From Nanobdellota archaeon (lineage in GTDB: Archaea; Nanobdellota; Nanobdellia; Woesearchaeales; JAGLGH01): 64,000 nt of DNA. The stretch's first letter is position 1; each line of letters starts with the position of its first letter. The DNA is taken from contig JAYEPB010000078.1 in NCBI GenBank assembly GCA_034723595.1, forward strand, positions 9,592 to 73,591. The letters run 5' to 3'. Below are positions 28,739 through 38,327 of the stretch, piece by piece. Below the pieces are notes generated by a model. The model saw nothing but the letters and a program-made list of their open reading frames with translations, was not told where the DNA came from and ran no database searches. The translations under genes and the position numbers were made by a program.

Positions 28739-29179
28739 ATGCCTGATAAACTTGATAAAATAATTGAGAATAAGAAACTGCTGCTTCCAATCCTGACTGA
28801 AATTCAGGACAAATACGGCTATATCTCTGAATCTGTTGTCAGGCAGCTCAGTAAAAAGATAAATATACCTATGGCTGAGATATATGGTGTTGCTACATTT
28901 TATTCATTCCTTTCTACAAAGCCACAGGGCAAGAACATAATTCACATCTGCAATAGTCCATCATGCTATCTTAATGGTTCGCTTGATATAATCAGATTCC
29001 TTGAAAAAGAACTAGGTATAAAATCTGGTGAAACAACTGATGACAAGCTGTTTTCGCTGCATATAGGCTCATGCATTGGATGCTGTGATAAGGCTCCTGC
29101 TATGCTTGTCAATGGAAAATTGTATTCAGATCTAACAAAAAGAAAGATGAGGGTAATCATACAAAAATGCAGATCCTAG
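28739..29179 (+). CDS. NuoE/HoxE/HndA-like [2Fe-2S] thioredoxin-like subunit of an NAD(P)H-dependent hydrogenase
   Basis: Cys pattern CNSPSC ... SCIGCC typical of the 24-kDa subunit family. Immediately upstream of, and overlapping, the NuoF-like gene. Confidence 0.8.
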   Translation: MPDKLDKIIENKKLLLPILTEIQDKYGYISESVVRQLSKKINIPMAEIYGVATFYSFLSTKPQGKNIIHICNSPSCYLNGSLDIIRFLEKELGIKSGETTDDKLFSLHIGSCIGCCDKAPAMLVNGKLYSDLTKRKMRVIIQKCRS

Positions 29180-30288
29180 AGAAATCAGAACTTAAAGCCT
29201 GGGAAAAGGCAAATGCTATGAAGCCAGAAGAAGTAATTGCATTGCTTAATGATAAGGGTCTGACTGGTCGTGGTGGAGCATGCTTTCCTGCAGGAAAGAA
29301 ATGGGGATTTGCATTGGATGCTGAAGGAGATGAGAAATTTGTCATATGCAATGCTGATGAAGGTGAGCCAGGAACATTCAAGGACAGATTTATAATCGAA
29401 AATAATCCTGAAACTCTTATTGAAGGTATATTGATAGCATGTAATACAGTAGGGGCAAAGCAGGCATATATCTATTTAAGAAGAGAATACAGGTATCTTG
29501 AATTTGACCTTAACAAAATCATAAAAAAAGTTATAAAACAAGCAGATACAGACATCAGCATAGAAATTGTTCTTGGGGCTGGAGCTTATATCTGCGGTGA
29601 AGAGACAGCAATAATAAATTCAATTGAAGGGAAAAGAGGCCAGCCATATTACAAGCCGCCTTTTCCTGCTGTCAAGGGTCTGTTCGGGAAGCCTACTGTA
29701 ATCAATAATGTAGAGACTCTTGCAAATGTTCCTCTTGCAATAATCAAAAAAGATTGGGATTCAAGCCTTAGGCTTTTTTCTCTTTCAGGGAATCTGAAAA
29801 AGCCAGGAGTATATGAACTGTCATTAGGGACATCTTTTAATGCAATTGCGCAGTTTGGCAAACCTGAAAAAAAGCTAAAAGCAATTTATTTCGGCTGTGC
29901 AGGGGGATGTATTCCTTTTAATCAGAAACATAAGATAGATACTGAGGTAATTAATTCAACTGGATGCATGCTTGGTTCATGCACAATGATTGTTGTTGAT
30001 GAAAGCCAAAGCATAGTTGATGTTGCAGTAAACATAGCAAAATTCTTTGAATATGAATCATGCGGCAAATGCACACCATGCAGAGAAGGCAATATGAGGG
30101 TTCTTGCGCTGCTGGAGAAGATATCGCTGGGATATGCCAATATGGAAGATATTGCACTTCTTGAGGAGTTGTGCTGTGTGATAAAGGACAGCTCATTGTG
30201 CGGGCTTGGGCAAAGCTCAACAATTCATCTATTAACTGCATTGAAACATTTTAGGGAGGAATTTGAAGAAAAATGCAAATCACGCTGA
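29167..30288 (+). CDS. NuoF/HoxF/HndC-like flavoprotein subunit (NAD(P)H and FMN binding, 4Fe-4S)
   Basis: GRGGACFPAGKKWG NADH-binding glycine motif, FMN-binding region and an ESCGKCTPCREG 4Fe-4S motif. Confidence 0.85.
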   Translation: MQILEKSELKAWEKANAMKPEEVIALLNDKGLTGRGGACFPAGKKWGFALDAEGDEKFVICNADEGEPGTFKDRFIIENNPETLIEGILIACNTVGAKQAYIYLRREYRYLEFDLNKIIKKVIKQADTDISIEIVLGAGAYICGEETAIINSIEGKRGQPYYKPPFPAVKGLFGKPTVINNVETLANVPLAIIKKDWDSSLRLFSLSGNLKKPGVYELSLGTSFNAIAQFGKPEKKLKAIYFGCAGGCIPFNQKHKIDTEVINSTGCMLGSCTMIVVDESQSIVDVAVNIAKFFEYESCGKCTPCREGNMRVLALLEKISLGYANMEDIALLEELCCVIKDSSLCGLGQSSTIHLLTALKHFREEFEEKCKSR

Positions 30289-31946
30289 ACAAAAAAAAGA
30301 TAGAGTGTGAAAAAGGAAAGACAATCCTTGATATCGCAAAAGAAAAAGGAATAAGAATCCCTACATTATGCTATCAGGAAGATTTCCATCCTGAAGCAAG
30401 ATGCAGGATATGTCTTGTTGAAGTAAATGGGAAACTTATGCCAGCTTGTTCTACCCATGTATGGGAAGGGATGGTTATTGAGACAGATACTGAAAAAGTG
30501 AAAAAAACAAGGCGCATGAACCTTGAGCTGATGATGGCAGACCATCAGAAAGCATGTTTTATTGAAAGCAGGACGCATGAGTTGTGCAGGATTGTTGCAG
30601 AAGAAGAAATAGGTAACATCAGATTCGAGCCTGTAAAAAAACATACTCCAGACATAAAAGGAAGGGCTGTAGTAAGGGATCCAAATAAGTGCATCAGCTG
30701 CGGCAGATGTGTCCAGGCATGCAGAGATACGCAGAATATTACTGCAATAGATTTCGCCCATAGAGGTCATAGGGAGAAAGTCACACCTTATTTTGGAAAG
30801 AGCCTGAATGAGGTATATTGCATAAAGTGCGGGCAATGTATACTCAGCTGTCCAGTAGAAGCTATTGTGGAACAGAGCCATATTGATATTGTAGTCCAGC
30901 ATCTTGCTGATCTTAAGAAACATGTTGTTGTCCAGACAGCTCCTGCGATAAGGGCATCATTAGGAGAAGAATTTGGCTATAAGCCTGGCATGCTTGTAAA
31001 AGGCAAGATGGTGGCAGCTGCAAAAGCTTTGGGATTTGATAAAGTATTTGACACAAACACAGGCGCAGACCTTACAATAATTGAAGAGGCAAATGAACTG
31101 CTTGAAAGAGTCAAAAACAATAAGCCTCTGCCTATGTTTACATCATGCTGTCCAGCCTGGGTTAAGTATATCGAGCACTTCAGGCATGATCTTATACCTC
31201 ATCTTTCAACATGCAAGAGTCCTCATGAGATGCTTGGAGCAGTAGTCAAGACATATTATGCAGAAAAGGCAGGCATAAACGCAGATGATATTGTCATGGT
31301 CAGCATTATGCCATGCACTGCAAAGAAGTTTGAGGCATCAAGAGAAAAGCTGAAAGGTAATGTAGATTATGTTCTTACAACAAGGGAATTCGCTAAGCTT
31401 ATCAAGATGAAGAATATTGATTTTGGTAAGCTTGGTGACGAGACATTTGATGATCCATTAGGCATATCTACTGGAGCAGGAGCAATTTTCGGAGCAACAG
31501 GCGGAGTGATGGAAGCTGCGCTAAGGACAGCTTATGAGACAGCTACAGGCAAAAGCCTGACAAAGATAGAATTTGATCAGGTAAGGGGTGTAGCTGGAAT
31601 AAAGAAAGGGTCTATATTTCTGAATGACCTTGAAGTTAAATTTGCAGTGGCGCATGGCATGATGAATGCATGCAATCTTATTGAGTCATACAAAGATTTT
31701 CATTTTATTGAGGTTATGGCATGTCCTGGCGGATGCATAGGCGGAGGAGGTCAGCCAATCCCAACAACATGGGATATCAGGCAAAAAAGGATAAATGCAA
31801 TCTATGAAGAGGATAGGAACCTGCCTCTCAGGAAATCGCATGAAAACCCTGCTTTGAAAAAAGTATATGAGGAATTCTTAGGAGATGCAGGCGGGCATAA
31901 GGCTCATGAATTGCTGCATACTGGGTATGTTAAGAGGGGGTTGTGA
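30273..31946 (+). CDS. hydA: [FeFe]-hydrogenase catalytic subunit HydA (N-terminal 2Fe-2S and 4Fe-4S ferredoxin domains plus the H-cluster domain)
   Basis: H-cluster signatures L1 TSCCPAW, L2 MPCTAKKFE and L3 EVMACPGGCIGGGGQP are all present. N-terminal plant-type ferredoxin Cys pattern and two CxxCxxCxxxCP motifs. Confidence 0.85.
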   Translation: MQITLNKKKIECEKGKTILDIAKEKGIRIPTLCYQEDFHPEARCRICLVEVNGKLMPACSTHVWEGMVIETDTEKVKKTRRMNLELMMADHQKACFIESRTHELCRIVAEEEIGNIRFEPVKKHTPDIKGRAVVRDPNKCISCGRCVQACRDTQNITAIDFAHRGHREKVTPYFGKSLNEVYCIKCGQCILSCPVEAIVEQSHIDIVVQHLADLKKHVVVQTAPAIRASLGEEFGYKPGMLVKGKMVAAAKALGFDKVFDTNTGADLTIIEEANELLERVKNNKPLPMFTSCCPAWVKYIEHFRHDLIPHLSTCKSPHEMLGAVVKTYYAEKAGINADDIVMVSIMPCTAKKFEASREKLKGNVDYVLTTREFAKLIKMKNIDFGKLGDETFDDPLGISTGAGAIFGATGGVMEAALRTAYETATGKSLTKIEFDQVRGVAGIKKGSIFLNDLEVKFAVAHGMMNACNLIESYKDFHFIEVMACPGGCIGGGGQPIPTTWDIRQKRINAIYEEDRNLPLRKSHENPALKKVYEEFLGDAGGHKAHELLHTGYVKRGL

Positions 31947-32515
31947 GATGAAATGTTAGTGAGTTAATCTTTTGTAGTTGAATTGATATCTGAATGTCCA
32001 GACCAATACTGTTTTGGATTCTTTTCTGAATCAAGATATTTCTAATTTTATTTTTCCAATCTCTCTTATTTGAGCCCAAGTTTGACAGTTAAATAATTAA
32101 GAGTCCTTAGAATTGTTTGGTTTACCATGACACAAACAAAACTAAGGACAAATACTATAAAATCAAACAACAATATATCTTTTCCGGTTGGAACTGCTTT
32201 AGCAGTCAAAAAATATAGCGAAAAACTGCATTTTGAGCATATTTTTTCTAAATTCAAGCAACGAGGAATTTCGCTTAAAGCCTATCTTTGACAATTTTGG
32301 CAAATCCCTCAACTTTTTGATTATTGCATCCAATGAGCTTGAAAAATCTCAATGCCCCACTTTCATTAACTCTATGAAATGTAAACGGAGAAGTTGCGTC
32401 TAATATTTCTTTTTCAATATCTTTGTTGAAACCGACTAATGCTTTTTCAAAATCTTTTTCTTTATTCATCCTAATCTGCAAGGTATATTTTTATGACCAA
32501 AAACCCAATGTAAGA

Positions 32516-33655
32516 TTATACTCTGCTGTTTGGGTTTTTGATTTTAATATATATATCTTTTAAAGAAGTATTTCTTTGATATCTTTGTTTTTTTAGATAA
32601 TTGTAAATTCTTGAATTATTGAGTATGATTGTCATTTGACTGAGATATTTTCTTGAATCTTTATCAAAACTTTCTTTTAGCGCTTTTTTTGCAATCTTTT
32701 GGCCTAATCTTCTGGTCATATACATAGGTAAGTCAAATGATTGTGTTTTTTTCAGAACTTCATATATCTTTAATTTATCTTTGCTTTTTAGTTCTTTATT
32801 TAAATAATCTTCAAGTTCTGGTTTTTGTTGAATTGCAGAGTAAACTGATGCTGTGATTAACCCATTTTCTATATCTGAAAACTGATCCTGATAAGGTCGT
32901 TCTATTGATGCTGCTTTTTTTGCAGGAATATTATCTGCAACATCATTTACTATTTGTATTCCTGTTCCTAATGCGATTCCAAATTCTGTTAAAGATTTAA
33001 TCTTTTTTTCACTTGCTTTAGCTAAATAACCTCCAATTCTGGCAACAAAACCTAAGAAATAACCGCATTTTCTTCTGCAAGCTTTCTCATACAAGGGCAG
33101 GTAATCTTCTATAGGCAATTTATGCGCTTTATTTCTTAGATTTAATGTATCAATATCATCTCCTTGTCCAAGATAAATCTTATTATTTACTTCTTCTAAT
33201 TCAATTATGATCTTTTCTTTAATAGAGGATTCAACTGAAGTTTTCCTAATCATTTTTTTTGATTTATCATAAAGTTTCATACCTTCAATAACTACTCTTT
33301 GTTCATCAGCTCTGTCATTAACTTCTCCTTTTTTGTCAAGAAACCAATTAATCAAATACGTAGATAAATTATAGACTTCTATTGCAGAGCCTATCTTATA
33401 AATATCTTCTACTATTTGATTATCATTTTTAGAAGCAATATATGCTTGCTCAATAATAAACTCTCTTAATCTTGGAGAATTTTCTCTTTTTTTATGAATT
33501 GCATTTACAAGATATTTGCTTCTCTCACTTCTATCTGAATCATTGACTATTTCTTCTAATGCTGAAGATACATATTTGGTAACTTTGCCTGAACATGTTT
33601 TCATCAATAGATGATATTGGTCTAGGCAATTTTCTCTGAATTGTATTTCATTCAT
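32516..33655 (-). CDS. hypothetical protein, possibly with an isoprenoid-synthase-like fold (degenerate Asp-rich motifs)
   Basis: GQGDDIDTL and GIQIVNDVADN loosely resemble the first and second aspartate-rich motifs of trans-prenyl/terpene synthases. Weak. Confidence 0.25.
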   Translation of the reverse strand: MNEIQFRENCLDQYHLLMKTCSGKVTKYVSSALEEIVNDSDRSERSKYLVNAIHKKRENSPRLREFIIEQAYIASKNDNQIVEDIYKIGSAIEVYNLSTYLINWFLDKKGEVNDRADEQRVVIEGMKLYDKSKKMIRKTSVESSIKEKIIIELEEVNNKIYLGQGDDIDTLNLRNKAHKLPIEDYLPLYEKACRRKCGYFLGFVARIGGYLAKASEKKIKSLTEFGIALGTGIQIVNDVADNIPAKKAASIERPYQDQFSDIENGLITASVYSAIQQKPELEDYLNKELKSKDKLKIYEVLKKTQSFDLPMYMTRRLGQKIAKKALKESFDKDSRKYLSQMTIILNNSRIYNYLKKQRYQRNTSLKDIYIKIKNPNSRV

Positions 33656-33767
33656 TGTGCATCCTCCTTTATTACTTGGAAGTGATGTAGGGAGTACAAT
33701 TAAAGATTGCTCTCTGGTTTTCGCATTTTTAGTAACATTTATAAAGAATAATGCAAATGATTCAAAA

Positions 33768-34706
33768 ATGGATGCAAAAGATAAAAGGATATTGCATGAA
33801 TTATCTAAAAATGCACGTATTCCTATAAAACATCTAGCTAAAATAATTCGAATGAGTGAAAGTTCTACTATTTATAGATTGGAAAGACTTGAGAAAAAAG
33901 GAATTCTTCTTGGAACGCACGCTATAATTAATAGCTATAAGCTTGGATATTTGGGATTTAGAGCTTATCTTTTTTTACAAGGGACAACTAGAAATAAAGA
34001 AGATGAAATTTTAAATTGGCTAACTAGTAGAACTGAAACTTCAGTTATTGGAATAACTCAACACAATGAAGAAATAATAATTATGTCCTGGGTTAAATCT
34101 ATAGATATTTTTAACAATTTTATTAAGCAGTTTAAAGAAAATTATGGTGAGTTTATCAAGGATTTCCAGATTTTTTCATATGTTGGAACTATATACTATC
34201 CTAGAAATTATCTCAATCCTAAAAATAAAGGAAAAGAAATAATAGTAAGAACATCAGTTCCAGTCGATTATGATTCATTAGATTTATCCATCCTAAAACA
34301 ATTATCTGTTAATGGGAGGAAAACAGCATTAAAAATCTCAAAAGAATTAAACAAACCAGTAAAAACTATAATCAACAGGATGAAACTTCTAATAAAGAAA
34401 GAGATAATTATAGGGTATAGCGCAAATATTGATCTTAATAAAATAGGTTATGAGTATTATAAAATAAACTTGATATTTAGTAAAAATATAAATTATAATA
34501 CATTACTGTCTTTTGCAAGAGAATTAGATAATAGCATTTATGTTGATGAAGCAATAAGTAAGTATGACTTTGAACTAAATATCGAAGTTGAAAATAAAGA
34601 AGAATTAAATGCCATAATAAATAATATAAAACAACTAACAGGAGGAATTAAACATATTGAAATTAAACAGATAAGTAAATATCTTAAATTGAGTTTTCTG
34701 AATTGA
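33768..34706 (+). CDS. tandem-domain Lrp/AsnC-like transcriptional regulator (two HTH-RAM units in one chain)
   Basis: Two repeats, each with an HTH (KRILHELSKNARIPIKHLAKIIRMSESSTIYRLERLEKKGIL and LSILKQLSVNGRKTALKISKELNKPVKTIINRMKLL) followed by a ligand-binding-like domain. The ORF track start at 33657 probably over-extends; the ATG at 33768 (MDAKDKRIL) is preferred. Confidence 0.55.
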   Translation: MDAKDKRILHELSKNARIPIKHLAKIIRMSESSTIYRLERLEKKGILLGTHAIINSYKLGYLGFRAYLFLQGTTRNKEDEILNWLTSRTETSVIGITQHNEEIIIMSWVKSIDIFNNFIKQFKENYGEFIKDFQIFSYVGTIYYPRNYLNPKNKGKEIIVRTSVPVDYDSLDLSILKQLSVNGRKTALKISKELNKPVKTIINRMKLLIKKEIIIGYSANIDLNKIGYEYYKINLIFSKNINYNTLLSFARELDNSIYVDEAISKYDFELNIEVENKEELNAIINNIKQLTGGIKHIEIKQISKYLKLSFLN

Positions 34707-34914
34707 TAAATCAAAATTTACTTTGCAAATTTTGGTGGGTTATATTTCTTATACGCAGAAGAGACAATACTCAGATCGATACCCAACATTTATGTTTGGG
34801 AGGAGTTCATTTTAAGGAGATTGGGCATTAGCTTATAAATTGAGTCGTTTTTATTACTAATTGATCGTTAATATTAGCTCTGGCATTGAATATCTATAAA
34901 CGAATCAGAAAAAT

Positions 34915-35262
34915 TTACCACTTATCTATTTTTTCTTCAACCTTATCAGTCCAGTTTTGAATAATTTCTTTAATAATCTTCCTGATATTTGATCTTGAAT
35001 TGCATTCATAGGTATAAATATAACCTCCATTATCTAAATTCCTTTGATGCCTAATAATTATACCTTTCTCAGACAATTTTTTAACAGCTTTTTGTATTGT
35101 TGTAAGATTAAGATTTAATTTTTTTGATATAGAATTTGTTGTGCATTCTTTATTTGTATATTCTAGAAAATATTTCATTATCTTTAATTCTGTTCTGGTT
35201 AAACCTAATCCACATTTAATAATGTCATCCAGGTTGAATTGTTTACATGCGAAATCTATCAT
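34915..35262 (-). CDS. winged-helix transcriptional regulator (MarR/TrmB-like, 115 aa)
   Basis: HTH NSISKKLNLNLTTIQKAVKKLSEKGII. Overlaps the upstream CDF gene stop by 4 nt, suggesting a regulator-transporter operon. Confidence 0.5.
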   Translation of the reverse strand: MIDFACKQFNLDDIIKCGLGLTRTELKIMKYFLEYTNKECTTNSISKKLNLNLTTIQKAVKKLSEKGIIIRHQRNLDNGGYIYTYECNSRSNIRKIIKEIIQNWTDKVEEKIDKW

Positions 35263-36329
35263 TTTCTAATCATTGAAATGTGACACTTTGGACATTTCAT
35301 TTTTAAGCAAGGGGTTTCTCTATTATGTTTTATTGTATATCCGCATTTTGGACAAATACAATAACCACCTGGTCCTTTCCCTTGAGCACCAAAATGTTCT
35401 CTTTTAAATTTACCTTTTTTTAACCATCCAAAACCTTTTCCAAAAATAATTTTTGAAACAACATCTTTAGATTGAAAATATGAATCTGTAACATCATAAC
35501 TTTTTATTTGAATTGCTACATATTCAAGAACATCAATCTCTTTTATTAAGTCTTTTTTTATCTTTTCAGATATTTTTGTTGCTTTTTCTACATTTAAATC
35601 TGGAGGTAATTCAATTTCTATATTCGCTGAAATTACTGGACCTCTTTTCTGGGTTTTTAAATTCCCTAGTGTAATTTCATTCTCTTTTAAAATATTTTTA
35701 ATTTTATCTTCTATCTCATCATCTGCTTTTTTATCCAGTAAAGAATCTGTCGCTTCTTTTCCCAATTCAATAGATTCTTTAATAATATAAATTCCAATCA
35801 AGGCTGATAAAATTGAATCAATATATGCCCAATAAGGCATTATAAATAATCCTATTAAAACTGCTATTGAAGTATAAACATCAACCCTATCGTGGACACC
35901 ATCTGAGAGTAAACTTATTGAATTTTCCTTTTTCCCATAATGGATCTTAAGTCTAGCTACTATTTCATTAGCAATAGCAGAAATTATCATAATCCCTACA
36001 GCTAAGTAACTTAATGAAATAATCTCAGGTTTAATAAATCCTTTATATGATTTATATAAAATCCATAATCCTGTTAAAAATAACATTAAAGTTATAATTG
36101 TTCCAGATAAAACTTCATATTTATAATAACCATAAGGATGTTTTTTATCTTCTGGTCTTCTTGAAATTTTAATCCCAATAAAACTAATTCCAGATGAAAA
36201 TACATCCATCCCTGAATGAATCCCTTCTGCTAAAACAGAAACAGAACCAGTAAGAAATCCAATAATTAGTTTACCTACTGCTAAAAAAAGATTTACAAAG
36301 ATTGATACTAAAGCAATTCCTTCTTTCAT
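35259..36329 (-). CDS. cation diffusion facilitator (CDF) metal efflux transporter with a C-terminal zinc ribbon
   Basis: Six TM helices and the CDF signature region (H/D-rich TM2/TM5), a cytoplasmic C-domain, then CPKCG...CPKC. Start set at MKEGIALV (36329). The longer ORF-track N-terminus (to 36461) runs into the IS200 left end and is probably spurious. Confidence 0.65.
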   Translation of the reverse strand: MKEGIALVSIFVNLFLAVGKLIIGFLTGSVSVLAEGIHSGMDVFSSGISFIGIKISRRPEDKKHPYGYYKYEVLSGTIITLMLFLTGLWILYKSYKGFIKPEIISLSYLAVGIMIISAIANEIVARLKIHYGKKENSISLLSDGVHDRVDVYTSIAVLIGLFIMPYWAYIDSILSALIGIYIIKESIELGKEATDSLLDKKADDEIEDKIKNILKENEITLGNLKTQKRGPVISANIEIELPPDLNVEKATKISEKIKKDLIKEIDVLEYVAIQIKSYDVTDSYFQSKDVVSKIIFGKGFGWLKKGKFKREHFGAQGKGPGGYCICPKCGYTIKHNRETPCLKMKCPKCHISMIRK

Positions 36330-36339
36330 TGTCTTGAGC

Positions 36340-37030
36340 AAGGATACTACACACTTTAGTGTGTATAGGAATTGCGTAGCACAATCCTTGCGTTTCCTCC
36401 GTAAAGTTTTTCTAACATTGTGATTATAATAAGAGTGCGCAACGAAATTTGGCGCGTGCACTCAAATTTTTTGCAATTTGATGAGCGTGAGCTGTAAAAA
36501 TTTTTCGTCGCGCGGAGGCGAACGAAAGTGGAATTTGTGAATGTTGAATTAAAACATTATAACCATAAGGTTGGAATAAATTATTGGCATCTTGAGTTTA
36601 CGACCAAATATCGTTATAAGATGTTTGGTAAGTTCAAGTATAAAAGCCTTATTGAAGCTTGTATACGTAAAGTTGCTCATAGACATAACATTGAAATCCA
36701 TGTAATTAATGTTATGCCTGAACACATTCATATACTTGTTACTTTGCCAAAGGGTGTGGATGATGAAAAAGCTTTTCAACTTCTTAAAGGCGCTTCATCA
36801 TACTATTTCTTTAACAACCATCCTAAAGCTCGTTTAAGATATCCTCAAGGACATCTCTGGAGCAGAGGTGGTTGCGCTGTAACAGTTGGTTATAATCAAT
36901 TCAGCGAAACTGAACAATATATTCTGCAACAAGCAGAGCACCATGGTCTTGCTTGCTAGGCCAACTTAGTGACCTTTATGGGATACTGTGGACTTTAGTC
37001 CACAGAGGAGGTCATTTTATGCTATTCATT
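36340..37030 (+). mobile_element. IS200/IS605-family insertion sequence (tnpA only) with GC-rich imperfect subterminal hairpins
   Basis: GC-rich hairpin-forming left end 36390-36520 (GAGTGCGC..GCGCGTGCACTC and TTCGTCGCGC..GCGAACGAA). tnpA ORF. Right-end hairpin GTGGACTTTAGTCCAC at 36990-37005. Boundaries are approximate. Confidence 0.55.
36528..36959 (+). CDS. tnpA: IS200-type Y1 (HUH) transposase TnpA
   Basis: HUH motif MPEHIHILV and the conserved GHLWSRGGCAVTVG block characteristic of IS200/IS605 TnpA. About 140 aa. Confidence 0.8.
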   Translation: MEFVNVELKHYNHKVGINYWHLEFTTKYRYKMFGKFKYKSLIEACIRKVAHRHNIEIHVINVMPEHIHILVTLPKGVDDEKAFQLLKGASSYYFFNNHPKARLRYPQGHLWSRGGCAVTVGYNQFSETEQYILQQAEHHGLAC

Positions 37031-37032
37031 CT

Positions 37033-37365
37033 TTATTCTAGGCTCTTCATGATTTCATCAATTTTCTGTTTTAAAATCTCCTTTTGCGCAAAGCCAGTTA
37101 TTCTATCAATCTCCTTGCCTTCTTTTGTGATGACTAAACAAGGTATTCCTTGTATCTGAAATTGATTTGCAAGTTCTGGGTCATCTTCTGTGCTTATCTT
37201 AGCAAATTTTAATTTACCTTCATAGTCATTACTTAATTCTTCAAATACTGGGCCCATCATCTGGCAAGGACCGCACCAAGATGCCCAGAAGTCAATTATC
37301 ACTGGAATCTGTGAATTAGTTATTTCTTCCTGAAAATTGTTTTTATCTATCTTTTTAATTGCCAT
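37033..37365 (-). CDS. trxA: thioredoxin
   Basis: WCGPC active site and thioredoxin-fold length (110 aa). Confidence 0.85.
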   Translation of the reverse strand: MAIKKIDKNNFQEEITNSQIPVIIDFWASWCGPCQMMGPVFEELSNDYEGKLKFAKISTEDDPELANQFQIQGIPCLVITKEGKEIDRITGFAQKEILKQKIDEIMKSLE

Positions 37366-37503
37366 TTTGATTTTCCTCCTTTTGGTCTTTATTAGCAGTA
37401 CTGATAGAAATCTGAAGTACTATTTAAATGTTTTTGAGTACTTATCAAATCCTTGCAAAAATAGAGATACTCTTCCTAAACATAGGAGATGGATACTCTG
37501 AAA

Positions 37504-38313
37504 TCATGGTTTTGCAACCAACCACATACTCTCAAAAAAACTCCAAAAAGATTCAGCTATTTGTTTACTCTGGATTAAAACTGCTCTTGATTCTTCACTA
37601 TAAGTTATAATCAATATTTTTTCTTTTGATATTACAATAGTTGAGGGTGTAATTGTTTCAATAAATCTTAATTTTGTATGAGGAATGCCTTTGAATATAT
37701 CTGAGATACTCCTATATTTGTTATTATAAACTAATCTGGTTCTAATTTCTTTTTTAGCTTTTTTCATATAAAACCGCCTAACCATTAATTCATATTTTTT
37801 CCCAAATGGACCTTTGGCTCCAAAAACCAGATATTCATCGCCTTTTGTTAGATTATCAATAAAATCCAGCATTGCTGTTTCAATACCTTTGTATCCCTGA
37901 TACATAGTTGTTTCCTGAATTTCACTTACTATTTCCTTTTTCAAACTAAGTTCAGGAATAATTTTCTTAATCTCTTCAGTTTCTTTTTCCAGTTCTTTCT
38001 TCTTCTCATCCATGTAATCTAAGAGCCTTTTTGGATCAGTGGCTTGAAAATACTTAACATTATTTTTGATAATATGCGAAACTAATCCTTTTTGCTCTAA
38101 TCTTTCCAGAATTACATATACTTTAGAACTTGTTATATGTGATTTGTCAATAATTTTGCCTACAGAACTAACTCCTAAATCTAATAGTGCCATATAAACC
38201 CTAACTTCTCCTCCAGTCATCCCTATTTTTTCCAGTAATTTAGTATCAATCTCCATGTTACTTCTCTCTAAGGGGGAGATAATATTTAAATATTCCGGTT
38301 TCTTCCTAATCAT
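37504..38313 (-). CDS. TrmB-family transcriptional regulator
   Basis: N-terminal wHTH (GGEVRVYMALLDLGVSSVGKIIDKSHITSSKVYVILERLEQKGLV) and a C-terminal effector-domain length typical of archaeal TrmB. Confidence 0.6.
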   Translation of the reverse strand: MIRKKPEYLNIISPLERSNMEIDTKLLEKIGMTGGEVRVYMALLDLGVSSVGKIIDKSHITSSKVYVILERLEQKGLVSHIIKNNVKYFQATDPKRLLDYMDEKKKELEKETEEIKKIIPELSLKKEIVSEIQETTMYQGYKGIETAMLDFIDNLTKGDEYLVFGAKGPFGKKYELMVRRFYMKKAKKEIRTRLVYNNKYRSISDIFKGIPHTKLRFIETITPSTIVISKEKILIITYSEESRAVLIQSKQIAESFWSFFESMWLVAKP

Positions 38314-38327
38314 CAGAGGATTATATT

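Noticed and set aside
31990-32270. Inverted repeat GTCCTTAG...CTAAGGAC and small ORFs after hydA
   Set aside because: The stem encloses a 30-nt loop and is not followed by a convincing T-tract, and the small ORFs have no support. Possibly a terminator, but not reportable as a feature.
35259-36461. Full 400-aa ORF-track version of the CDF gene
   Set aside because: The first 44 codons read through the IS200 left-end hairpin region and have no transporter-like character. The start was reset to MKEGIALV at 36329.
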